IMG/VR virus record: IMGVR_UViG_3300025635_000110
Location: 1 to 31,248 of that record
From: a virus
Lineage: Duplodnaviria; Caudoviricetes
Length of the DNA: 31,248 nucleotides
Direction: 5' to 3' (one strand)
The translations under genes were made by a program, and so were the position numbers. Position 1 is the first letter of the stretch; each line of letters begins with the position of its first letter. Of this stretch, positions 15,603 to 23,071 are shown piece after piece. The notes beneath the pieces were generated by a model. The model did no database searches and was not told the origin of the DNA. It saw only the letters and a program-made list of their open reading frames with translations.

Positions 15603-16676
15603 TCAGTCTCTGGATATTACTTGAGCCGTCTTCTCGGTTGATTTGGCAATCTGTTTCAGTTGCAGGGTCTGTTCGATTGCTTGCTTGATGGCTGTGTCTT
15701 GCTGGCTTTGGAAACCAGTGAAACCACCAATGCGAGCAAGCGGATCTTGAGATCCTCCAATAGAGAACTTGGGTCCAGCAACTCGTTCAAACAAAGTCTG
15801 CCCAATTGCTGGAGGATTGGTTGGAGACGGAGGTGCCACTGGAAGCGGAGCATTCACACTTGCAGACTTCAACGCTTGAACTCCTCCGGGCAGATTTCCA
15901 AGCATTGTCGCTCCAATCTGAGATGGTGTTACCTTTACGTTGAATGCTTTTGCAAGATCAGTGTTTTGATCGTTGAGGTATTTGATCGCATCAGCGGTTG
16001 CCGTTATACCGTCAGCCAACGGCTTTGAAGCCAACGCTTTCAATCTGCGGATCTGCTCGTCAAACAGGTTGTTCCCGCGAGCTAAAGTGTCGAGTGTCTC
16101 CTCTGAAATCAACTCGCGCCCCTCAGTGTTCTTATAATCAGCCAAAGCAGCAGCAGCGGTTTTGAGCTTCAACCCATAGATATCAACCATCGCTGCGGTC
16201 GTTTGTGCAGACCTTCCAGATTCTTTGTAAGCTTGCGCTCCTCGAATCGCTAGATTCAAATTTGAATACTCTTTGTTTGATAAGTCTTCAACAGAAAGCC
16301 CGAGATCGTTTATTACTCGAATAGCCTCTTTATCTCCAGAAGTTGCTCTGATTCTTATCTGTTCAAACTTAGCTAAAACAGATCCGAACTTCTCAAAAGA
16401 GACTCCGCTTTCACCGGCAAGAATCTGCAACCGTTGAATTTCGTCGGTGGTCAAGTTCAACTGTTCCGACAAGTCTTTGATCTCGTCGGCAGCATTCATT
16501 AGATGCTTGGTGAACCCAACCACAGCAGAAGCTGCAAACGCTTGACCAAGCTTGTTGGTCACTGCGTTCTTGAAGCTTGTTCCAAACTTCTCACCAAGAC
16601 TTTGGACCCTTTTTAGGTCCATTTCAAACTTGGCAGCATCAACGCCAAGCTTAACGAGTAGAGAGAGAACGCCCAT
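15603..16676 (-). CDS. Short tape-measure-like protein
   Basis: N-terminal LLVKLGVDAAKF and ADEIKDLSEQLNLTTDEIQRLQILAGESGVS are TMP-like; helical and Ala-rich; 357 aa. Confidence 0.7.
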   Translation of the reverse strand: MGVLSLLVKLGVDAAKFEMDLKRVQSLGEKFGTSFKNAVTNKLGQAFAASAVVGFTKHLMNAADEIKDLSEQLNLTTDEIQRLQILAGESGVSFEKFGSVLAKFEQIRIRATSGDKEAIRVINDLGLSVEDLSNKEYSNLNLAIRGAQAYKESGRSAQTTAAMVDIYGLKLKTAAAALADYKNTEGRELISEETLDTLARGNNLFDEQIRRLKALASKPLADGITATADAIKYLNDQNTDLAKAFNVKVTPSQIGATMLGNLPGGVQALKSASVNAPLPVAPPSPTNPPAIGQTLFERVAGPKFSIGGSQDPLARIGGFTGFQSQQDTAIKQAIEQTLQLKQIAKSTEKTAQVISRD

Positions 16677-16677
16677 T

Positions 16678-17229
16678 TTAGACCTCTTGCTGGCTCTGCC
16701 AGATTGCTTCGCTTCTATCGTCCCACAGTTGAACGTGTCCCATCATCTCGGCGTGAGCTAGAATCAGCCTTTCCGCATCACCAAGAGGCATCTGGATGGC
16801 ATCGTCAGGAGCAATGCCGATGTTGAGACAACCAACCAAGACTCGCTCGGGCCATGGCATCGCGGGAGTCTTTGACTTGCTTCCGCTTTCCATCAGCACT
16901 TCGGGAGCGGTTGATTGCTCTTTTAACCATAACTGGAACTTGTCGGACTCCGCCAACAAGTTGAGCTTTGCAATGCGCTTTCCCCACAACCACAGAACAA
17001 GACCACTCCACCGAGACTTGATGGAGCGGATGGATTCCAGCGGAGACTGTGAGCAAACGGTCACAGCCTCCACTAGATCTGTTGGTGCAATCTCTCCGCC
17101 CATGACAAACGGAGAGCGCAACCGTTGCAGCACAATGGCGTGTCCTACGGTGTAAGGAACAAGTCGAACCCCAAGCACAACAGGTGCTTGAGGTCCAGTC
17201 TCTGACAGGATCTTTGCAAGATCGGCCAC
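16678..17229 (-). CDS. Putative tail assembly chaperone
   Basis: 183 aa between the major tail and tape-measure candidates; positional call. Confidence 0.55.
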   Translation of the reverse strand: MADLAKILSETGPQAPVVLGVRLVPYTVGHAIVLQRLRSPFVMGGEIAPTDLVEAVTVCSQSPLESIRSIKSRWSGLVLWLWGKRIAKLNLLAESDKFQLWLKEQSTAPEVLMESGSKSKTPAMPWPERVLVGCLNIGIAPDDAIQMPLGDAERLILAHAEMMGHVQLWDDRSEAIWQSQQEV

Positions 17230-17232
17230 AGA

Positions 17233-17688
17233 TTACAGCGTGAACGTCGAAGCGTTACCAGCCAGCGACGGGTACTTGGTCACGGTCACGGTGACCATAA
17301 CCTTACCGCTGCTGGTGAACTTGACGCTTCCACCGCCAGAATAGACGTAATCCCCATCAATGGAAACACCGCCCACGGTCACACCGTCGCTCGCAGCGAT
17401 AGTAGCGTAACCATTCACCGCAGGAAGACCGGCGGCAAGCTTGGCTTGAGCAAAGCTCGCAGCGGACGGAATAAACGTCACGTTGAGCGAAATGCGCTCA
17501 TTGGCGGACACCTGAGCCACAACCTCACCGGCAGAGTTTTTGATCTGCTCAACGTCGGCCTCATGGGTCGCGTCGTAGCTCTCAATGGTGCTGATCGCTC
17601 CAGTCGTCAGAGCGACGCCAGCAGGAGTGTAAAGCGTTATGGTTCCCTTTGCGCCGTAGACTAGCGCGAGTCCTTTTGAAACTGCCAT
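17233..17688 (-). CDS. Putative major tail (tube) protein
   Basis: 151 aa, A/G/T/V/S-rich beta composition; canonical position. Confidence 0.65.
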   Translation of the reverse strand: MAVSKGLALVYGAKGTITLYTPAGVALTTGAISTIESYDATHEADVEQIKNSAGEVVAQVSANERISLNVTFIPSAASFAQAKLAAGLPAVNGYATIAASDGVTVGGVSIDGDYVYSGGGSVKFTSSGKVMVTVTVTKYPSLAGNASTFTL

Positions 17689-17701
17689 GTTGTGTTAGGT
17701 G

Positions 17702-18190
17702 TTAAGTGTTTGCGTTTGCTGCTGCAAAGATTGTCATCGACCGCGAGAAAGTTCTAGCCCTTTCGCTGGTGTCGTTCACTCCGAAATCAGTCGGAGTTGC
17801 GAAGAACGCTGTGAACCCACCAGACGGGTCATCATCTCCGGTGTTCAAATCCGAGATGTTGTCATCGACGAACAGCGGTTGGAGAATGTTCTCAAACGCT
17901 GCAACGGTCAGCAGAGCGTCAGACTCTGAGGTGTCGTCAGCGGACAACTGAAGCGTTGCGGTGACATCAAGCTCACAAGTGCGATCAATCGGATGGACCG
18001 GAACGGCAGTTGAAGAACGGATCACGATTCGCGGGAAGTCGGGCATTCGATCCTCCAAATCGGGATCGTTGAACGCGCCGTGTCCGTAGCTAGTCATGCA
18101 AGCAGGAGTCCCAAGCGGAGACGCTGACCAGTCTTGAGCAGCCAGCCAATCGGCCAACGCTCTCTCGGTACGCATTGCAACGCCATTCAT
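17702..18190 (-). CDS. Putative tail terminator / completion protein
   Basis: 162 aa, acidic, PDFPRIVI motif; directly precedes the major tail gene. Confidence 0.55.
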   Translation of the reverse strand: MNGVAMRTERALADWLAAQDWSASPLGTPACMTSYGHGAFNDPDLEDRMPDFPRIVIRSSTAVPVHPIDRTCELDVTATLQLSADDTSESDALLTVAAFENILQPLFVDDNISDLNTGDDDPSGGFTAFFATPTDFGVNDTSERARTFSRSMTIFAAANANT

Positions 18191-18969
18191 TGGACAACGA
18201 TTCCTTTCGACTCGGACCCGTCAAACGCTTCGGCCAGCTTGGCGGCAATGTGGATTTCAAGCTCACGCGCTTCGTCGTCGTAAGCTTGCTGCATCGCTTT
18301 CGAGTAAATGCTCTCCACCTTACCGATCTGATCGTCAGCAAGACCGATGTTCATTCGGACGTGCGAATGCGGGTTGAAGCCAGCCTTCGCATTGTAAGCG
18401 TAGGCTGAAGACCCACGGTGCATTGAGACGTTCTCGTAAGGCAAACCGTACTGGTTGGCGAGATTGACCAATGCTTGATTGGCAGCAACAGAGCGAACTT
18501 GAGTAGAACCCTTCTTGGCTCGTCGAGTTCCGCCGAATTGCTGGAACGACGGAGAAAGCTTCTTGATTCCCTTAGTCACGCATGACTTGAGGTAACCAAC
18601 AGAACCAGCAGCGCGGCGGCGCAATTTGGCAGCAGCGTCTTTCATCTTCTGACCGTAAAGTCCCTCATTGCCAGCCTTCGCATTCTTGGCTTGGGCGATC
18701 AAGTGAACGAGACGCAACTGGCGAGAACGGCCCACCTTTTTGCCGGTCTTCTTATCAAAGGCAGGAGAGCCAACGGGCCGGTTGTAGTAGTCGAGAATCT
18801 TATTCCGCGCTGCTTGCGGAGACTTCGGAGGCAGCAAGCAGTACAACCGCAGCATCAGGAAGAACGTGCGAGCATTGACGGCATCAGCCAGAGACCGCTT
18901 GGTCTTTGGCAAGTACTCCTTCCAAGCCGCATCAAACCGCGACGTATCGACTGTGACCGTGGGCGTCAT
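18187..18969 (-). CDS. Putative neck / tail-completion protein (HK97 gp10 / lambda gpZ position)
   Basis: 260 aa, strongly basic; positional call. Confidence 0.5.
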   Translation of the reverse strand: MTPTVTVDTSRFDAAWKEYLPKTKRSLADAVNARTFFLMLRLYCLLPPKSPQAARNKILDYYNRPVGSPAFDKKTGKKVGRSRQLRLVHLIAQAKNAKAGNEGLYGQKMKDAAAKLRRRAAGSVGYLKSCVTKGIKKLSPSFQQFGGTRRAKKGSTQVRSVAANQALVNLANQYGLPYENVSMHRGSSAYAYNAKAGFNPHSHVRMNIGLADDQIGKVESIYSKAMQQAYDDEARELEIHIAAKLAEAFDGSESKGIVVQ

Positions 18970-19421
18970 TTGGTCTTGGCCCCCAATTCCAGAACATAAT
19001 ACGCACCAGTTCCGTCACGCTTGGCGGAGATGATCCGCAGCGAACGCCCATCGTAGGTCAACGTGCGACCCACCACCGGAATCATCTTTCCGAACGTAAG
19101 TTGAAGAGCGTCGGTGTTCTCTTGGAGAATCAGACTTCCGCTCTCTTGCAAGAGCCGGTCAGCGGTCGATCCAACGTCAGCACTCCAGACGGTAGCGTCT
19201 ACGGTCACCAGCGTCGAGTCAGCCAATCGCCAGTCAGCTAGTTTGACCAGCAGACGGACCTGCACGTTGTCTTGGAATCCACCGTTGATGACGTTGTTGG
19301 CGTCGGTGATCGCAGCAGGAATGCAGCGGACAAGCGATCCCTGCCAGATAAACGACGGATTTCCCATCGCTCCCTGTAGGACCGTCATTCCCAACTGAAG
19401 ACTGGTTGCGATCAGGTTCAC
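18966..19421 (-). CDS. Putative head-closure protein with a short LLQE insertion
   Basis: C-terminal PVVGRTLTYDGRSLRIISAKRDGTG resembles FII/gp16-type closure proteins. Confidence 0.5.
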   Translation of the reverse strand: MNLIATSLQLGMTVLQGAMGNPSFIWQGSLVRCIPAAITDANNVINGGFQDNVQVRLLVKLADWRLADSTLVTVDATVWSADVGSTADRLLQESGSLILQENTDALQLTFGKMIPVVGRTLTYDGRSLRIISAKRDGTGAYYVLELGAKTK

Positions 19422-19918
19422 GCCGTGAAGTAGACGCCAGAAACCAAGATTCGGGAAGTGGCTTGAAGCTGACCGGCCAAGCTGGAGATATCGCCGGTTT
19501 CGTAGTGGCTCAACTCGCAGTAAGAAGTGCCACCGACAATCTTACCAATCACAGCGGTCTTGGCTTGAGTCGTCGCGTTGTCCAACCAGATCGACACAGC
19601 AGCGTCGTAAGTCGCAGGATCTGGAAGGCTCAAGCGAAGGTTTCCGGTCGCTGCACCACTCACCGAGTTGATGGTGATGTCAGCGGTGAACGTGGAGACA
19701 AAGCCAATGGACGTATGGCGAGCCGTGTTGACCGTCGTCGAGAACGTGCGGCCACCACCAGAGTCAGTCAGCGTAGGGGTCCACGTTGACGGAGCCAACA
19801 TCGGCAACTCGGCATAGATCTCCGTGAAGTTGTCGTTGGCCTTCTGCCAACTAGCGCGGAGCGTGTCTCCGGTGTTGTCGTTGGCGGTCGTACCCGTGTT
19901 TATGACTTGTTGAGCCAT
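19418..19918 (-). CDS. Virion appendage protein with a T4 gp9/gp10-like N-terminal motif
   Basis: MAQQVINTGTTANDNTGDTLRASWQKANDNFTEIY; C-terminal beta domain starting TWTPTL; start re-called to ATG 19918. Confidence 0.65.
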   Translation of the reverse strand: MAQQVINTGTTANDNTGDTLRASWQKANDNFTEIYAELPMLAPSTWTPTLTDSGGGRTFSTTVNTARHTSIGFVSTFTADITINSVSGAATGNLRLSLPDPATYDAAVSIWLDNATTQAKTAVIGKIVGGTSYCELSHYETGDISSLAGQLQATSRILVSGVYFTA

Positions 19919-19920
19919 GG

Positions 19921-20157
19921 TTAATCTTTCGGCAATGCGTACCAACCCTCGGACAACTTAATTCGGTTTCTGGAGCGAACAGAAACACCGTCCGCTCCTT
20001 TGACCCAGACTCTCGCTTGGACGCTCTCAGCGAGCCTCACAGGCTCACCGTGAGGCACCATGACAACGCGAGTTCCACAGCCACAGCTACCCACCAGCGC
20101 GGTCAATGCGATCCAGCAGCTTCTTTTTAAGCTCTGGGTCTTGTTTTGCATCTTCAA
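19921..20157 (-). CDS. Putative lipoprotein, o-spanin (Rz1)-like
   Basis: Basic N-terminus, hydrophobic WIALTALVG, then SCGC lipobox-like; overlaps the upstream gene in another frame. Confidence 0.5.
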   Translation of the reverse strand: MKMQNKTQSLKRSCWIALTALVGSCGCGTRVVMVPHGEPVRLAESVQARVWVKGADGVSVRSRNRIKLSEGWYALPKD

Positions 20158-20230
20158 CGGTTGGTGGGGTTTTCGCCAGACCAGTCAGCCATTTTAGAAT
20201 GGCTGTGACGATCTGTTCGATGATGTTCAC
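20087..20230 (-). CDS. Small membrane-anchored protein, i-spanin-like position
   Basis: 47 aa, MNIIEQIVTAILKWLTGLAK...DRAGG; GTGA-coupled; translated by hand (below the ORF-track cutoff). Confidence 0.55.
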   Translation of the reverse strand: MNIIEQIVTAILKWLTGLAKTPPTVEDAKQDPELKKKLLDRIDRAGG

Positions 20231-20409
20231 TCGGTCTTCTTCTTGTCCGCATCCTTAGCGGCGATCAAACCGAAACCAACCGTAACAGCAGCAATGGTCG
20301 CAGTCAGATCAAGATTCGTCGCGGGGTCACCGTCGAACAGTGCTTTGAGCGCACCACCCACGGCAACCATGATTGCACCAACACCAGCGAGAGTCGTTTT
20401 CCAGTTCAT
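20227..20409 (-). CDS. Holin-like protein with two TM segments
   Basis: MNWKTTLAG, two hydrophobic segments, charged tail KDADKKKTE. Confidence 0.65.
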   Translation of the reverse strand: MNWKTTLAGVGAIMVAVGGALKALFDGDPATNLDLTATIAAVTVGFGLIAAKDADKKKTE

Positions 20410-20579
20410 TTTTTAATGGCTTTGTAGAGTCCAATTGCAGCAGCGATGAAAGCCAACACAGCGGCTCCAAGCTGGAACCACTGCGTTAGCTGCGGGATAA
20501 ACGAGACCGCACCAGCAGCGGCGGCAGTTGCGAGTGAGATTCCAACTCCACTTCCGTTGTTGGTGCTGTCTGTTTGCAT
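20406..20579 (-). CDS. Holin-like small membrane protein
   Basis: 57 aa, MQTDSTNNGSGVGISLATAAAAGAVSFIPQLTQWFQLGAAVLAFIAAAIGLYKAIKK; translated by hand; ATGA-coupled to the next gene. Confidence 0.6.
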   Translation of the reverse strand: MQTDSTNNGSGVGISLATAAAAGAVSFIPQLTQWFQLGAAVLAFIAAAIGLYKAIKK

Positions 20580-20582
20580 GGG

Positions 20583-20729
20583 TTACTGAGGTTGGGCAGC
20601 GGACTTGATCTTCTCGACCAGCGGCAGAGCGACGGCAGCGTTAGCAAGACCACCGGCTTTAACCGCGATGTCGATCAGAGCGATCAGGTTATTGGCTTCG
20701 GTTTCGTTCAGCTTGATAGTGATTTCCAT
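20583..20729 (-). CDS. Small fibre-associated hypothetical protein
   Basis: Start re-called to ATG 20729 (MEITIKLNETE...), 48 aa. Confidence 0.6.
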   Translation of the reverse strand: MEITIKLNETEANNLIALIDIAVKAGGLANAAVALPLVEKIKSAAQPQ

Positions 20730-20730
20730 A

Positions 20731-21093
20731 TCAAGCGGCAGCATCGACGACAGCTTCAGTCGGCGCAACAACAACCGGCGGCAACCACGGCAGCGGCGGA
20801 GCGATGACCGGAGGGTTGATCTGATCAGCGATCTGAGCGGAGACGTTCGCTTCGATGGCCGCTTGATCGACGCCATTGGCATAGCACCACCCAAGCACCT
20901 GCTGCTCGGTCAGATCAGGATACGGCGTGAAGTTCTCGCTGGGAGGCGCGAACGACGACGAGCCGTAGCAGGTGCCGCTGTAGGTGCCATCGGTGCCGTT
21001 GCATCGCCAGTCGGCGGTAATCACAACGTCCGTGAGCGATCCTTCGGTGGGTTTAACGAGAAGGCGTTCGATGATCCAAGAGAGGGTAATCAT
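20731..21093 (-). CDS. Fibre-associated protein (assembly-factor candidate)
   Basis: 120 aa, FTPYPDLTEQQVLGW...PPLPW; directly follows the fibre gene. Confidence 0.65.
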   Translation of the reverse strand: MITLSWIIERLLVKPTEGSLTDVVITADWRCNGTDGTYSGTCYGSSSFAPPSENFTPYPDLTEQQVLGWCYANGVDQAAIEANVSAQIADQINPPVIAPPLPWLPPVVVAPTEAVVDAAA

Positions 21094-21099
21094 GGGATA

Positions 21100-22383
21100 T
21101 TAGGCTTCCAGAGCGGCAACACGGGTGCGGAGCGATTGGATTTCGGCAATCAGCAGAGGGACAAACGATGAGACATCCATTTGCTGGTACTTAGGGTTAC
21201 CATCAGCATCAACCTCGTCCTTTTGTCCGGTAACAGAATAAGGAGCAACGATCTGAGCTTCGTGGGCCACAAGCATCGGGCGTTCAACCGAAGCCCCCTT
21301 CATCTTGCCGATGTACACCTTCAGAGAATCAATGACAGATCCGCTGTTGGAAACAGGGCCAATGATATCCTTGGCTCTGTAATCGGATGTCGTGTTGTAT
21401 GCGACAAGACCACCGGATCGGTTGTAGGTGATTGATCCGCGAGCGGTGAATGTTGAATCAGTCCCAAAGTTGATGAACGAATTGTCGAGGCTTCCGGTGT
21501 TCCAAAGTTCTTCAACAAACACGGAAGAACCAGCAGACGATTTGAGTCCTGATGCAACTCCAGCGGAACTATCAACCGAAAGTTTACCACCTCGGATCTG
21601 ACTCGTCGTCCCCACCAACAGATTCCCGCTCGCGTCGAGCGTCATCGCTTGGGTGAAGGTTATTGTGCCAGTGCTTGCGGCAGCGGTGTACCAAGCGTGC
21701 TGTCCTGTTGCGGACTGTTCGTAAAGAGTGGCTTCGTCGTTTACGATGTAAGTAAAGTTGCCAGCCGTGCTTTCGTAGACGTTGCGTCCGATGCAGGTAG
21801 AACCACCGCTTGCAGCGGATGAGAAGTAGGCTCCAACCGCACCAATCTGCAAAGCCTTCTGGGTACTACGCCACGCACTCGGCGTAACCCCCACGCCCAG
21901 CCCCGTGGAGTTCAGGGTCATGGCGGTGGAGCCAGATATCCCAACAGTTAATGCATCTACGGCGTGGTTGTACTCAATGAAACCTCGGTAGGCTTCGTTG
22001 CCAACAGTTCCTTTGGCATAATAAATTCCTGAAACATTCGCTGTGCCGCCATAGAGAGTAAGCGCAGGAGTTTGAGTTCCATCTCCAATTACCAGCTTCT
22101 TTGGTGAGTTGCCAAGGAAGGATGATTGAGAACTTGTCCCAACACCAACGCCGCTAGAATTAACCGTCAACCCAGTCGTCCGCACCGTCAGATCGCCGGT
22201 GATGGTGGCGGAGGCGAGGGTGGCGGTGCCGCTTGCACCAAGCAGTTGGTTCAGCGTGACCTTTTTGGTCGTTCCGCTCGCGGCCATCGACGTGTCGGAA
22301 ACGTCCACCAACACAAGCGGATCGTTCGCGGGATCGGTAGAGGCTCCGATGCTCGTCAGGGCTGTAATCTTAGAGTCTGCCAT
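21100..22383 (-). CDS. Tail fibre with a C-terminal Peptidase S74 intramolecular chaperone
   Basis: MADSKITALT attachment-type N-terminus; VGVGT/LLVGT fibre repeats; TSDYRAK cleavage motif; terminal coiled coil. Confidence 0.85.
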   Translation of the reverse strand: MADSKITALTSIGASTDPANDPLVLVDVSDTSMAASGTTKKVTLNQLLGASGTATLASATITGDLTVRTTGLTVNSSGVGVGTSSQSSFLGNSPKKLVIGDGTQTPALTLYGGTANVSGIYYAKGTVGNEAYRGFIEYNHAVDALTVGISGSTAMTLNSTGLGVGVTPSAWRSTQKALQIGAVGAYFSSAASGGSTCIGRNVYESTAGNFTYIVNDEATLYEQSATGQHAWYTAAASTGTITFTQAMTLDASGNLLVGTTSQIRGGKLSVDSSAGVASGLKSSAGSSVFVEELWNTGSLDNSFINFGTDSTFTARGSITYNRSGGLVAYNTTSDYRAKDIIGPVSNSGSVIDSLKVYIGKMKGASVERPMLVAHEAQIVAPYSVTGQKDEVDADGNPKYQQMDVSSFVPLLIAEIQSLRTRVAALEA

Positions 22384-22394
22384 AGGTCAGGAAG

Positions 22395-22553
22395 TTAGTC
22401 GGTGGAGAGTGAGAAAACGATTTTGGAACTGCCGTCCTCTTGGAGAACGAATGAGGTCGCGTCCTCCTGCATCAGGTAACGGTCCATCGCAGGATATGCG
22501 ACTTCGATCGCATCATCCGACGTGGACAGTTGCAGTGAGAGCGCGAGAGTCAT
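22395..22553 (-). CDS. Small acidic protein with a doubled xQED motif
   Basis: 52 aa, MTLALSLQLSTSDDAIEVAYPAMDRYLMQEDATSFVLQEDGSSKIVFSLSTD; translated by hand; TGATG-coupled. Confidence 0.6.
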   Translation of the reverse strand: MTLALSLQLSTSDDAIEVAYPAMDRYLMQEDATSFVLQEDGSSKIVFSLSTD

Positions 22554-22822
22554 CAGGTGGTCGCTCGGGCGAAGTAGGCGATGACCGCACCGCTCGTCAG
22601 CGTAAAGCTGGAGATCTTACCCACGATGGTGATGCCAGCGGGAATGGTGGTGCCACTCCACGTTCCGGTGATACCAGTACCAGCAATGGACGAGATCACG
22701 GTCGCGGTGATGGTCTGGATTGCGATGTAACCGCTCGTCTGAGCGGATGTTCCGGTGACCAGAGTGAAACCCTGATGACCCATCGAATCCTGCGTTGCTA
22801 CATCGGTCTGGTAAGCGGACAT
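22553..22822 (-). CDS. Small Thr/Gly-rich putative virion protein
   Basis: 89 aa, beta-rich; downstream of the capsid gene. Confidence 0.65.
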   Translation of the reverse strand: MSAYQTDVATQDSMGHQGFTLVTGTSAQTSGYIAIQTITATVISSIAGTGITGTWSGTTIPAGITIVGKISSFTLTSGAVIAYFARATT

Positions 22823-22839
22823 TTTGAAATCTGGTTAGA

Positions 22840-22873
22840 GGGGAGGCCACCGGAACTTTCCAGCAGCCTCCCC
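22840..22873 (-). terminator. Long hairpin downstream of the capsid genes (terminator or processing site)
   Basis: GGGGAGGCUGCUGGA-AAGU-UCCGGUGGCCUCCCC forms a 15-bp stem with G-U pairs only on the minus-strand RNA; weak U-tail. Confidence 0.65.
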
Positions 22874-22907
22874 AATTTTAACGGTTAACCTTTTCGGACT
22901 TTCGGTG

Positions 22908-23060
22908 CTAAGGCTCCCTGTATCCACAGGACGAGCTTGCCTCCTTCGGGACAGAAGCAGTGTTGAAGTTAGTGCGTTGGAGATCCGCACTAACATCGGG
23001 ACCAGACACCAGCTTAGACTTGCCGGTCTTGTCCACTGCAATGGTGGTTGCGATACGCAT
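22908..23060 (-). CDS. Small protein after the capsid gene, possibly frameshifted
   Basis: MRIATTIAVDKTGKSKLVSGPDVS..., 50 aa as read; the -1 frame continues to TAA at 22885. Confidence 0.5.
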   Translation of the reverse strand: MRIATTIAVDKTGKSKLVSGPDVSADLQRTNFNTASVPKEASSSCGYREP

Positions 23061-23071
23061 ATCCGTTAGGA

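Noticed and set aside
16678-17229. Programmed G/GT-type frameshift in the tail chaperone
   Set aside because: A single ORF fills the space up to the tape-measure gene; I saw no second frame or clear slippery site.
11060-22383. Diversity-generating retroelement or invertible fibre cassette
   Set aside because: No reverse transcriptase or invertase, and I noticed no template/variable repeat pair.
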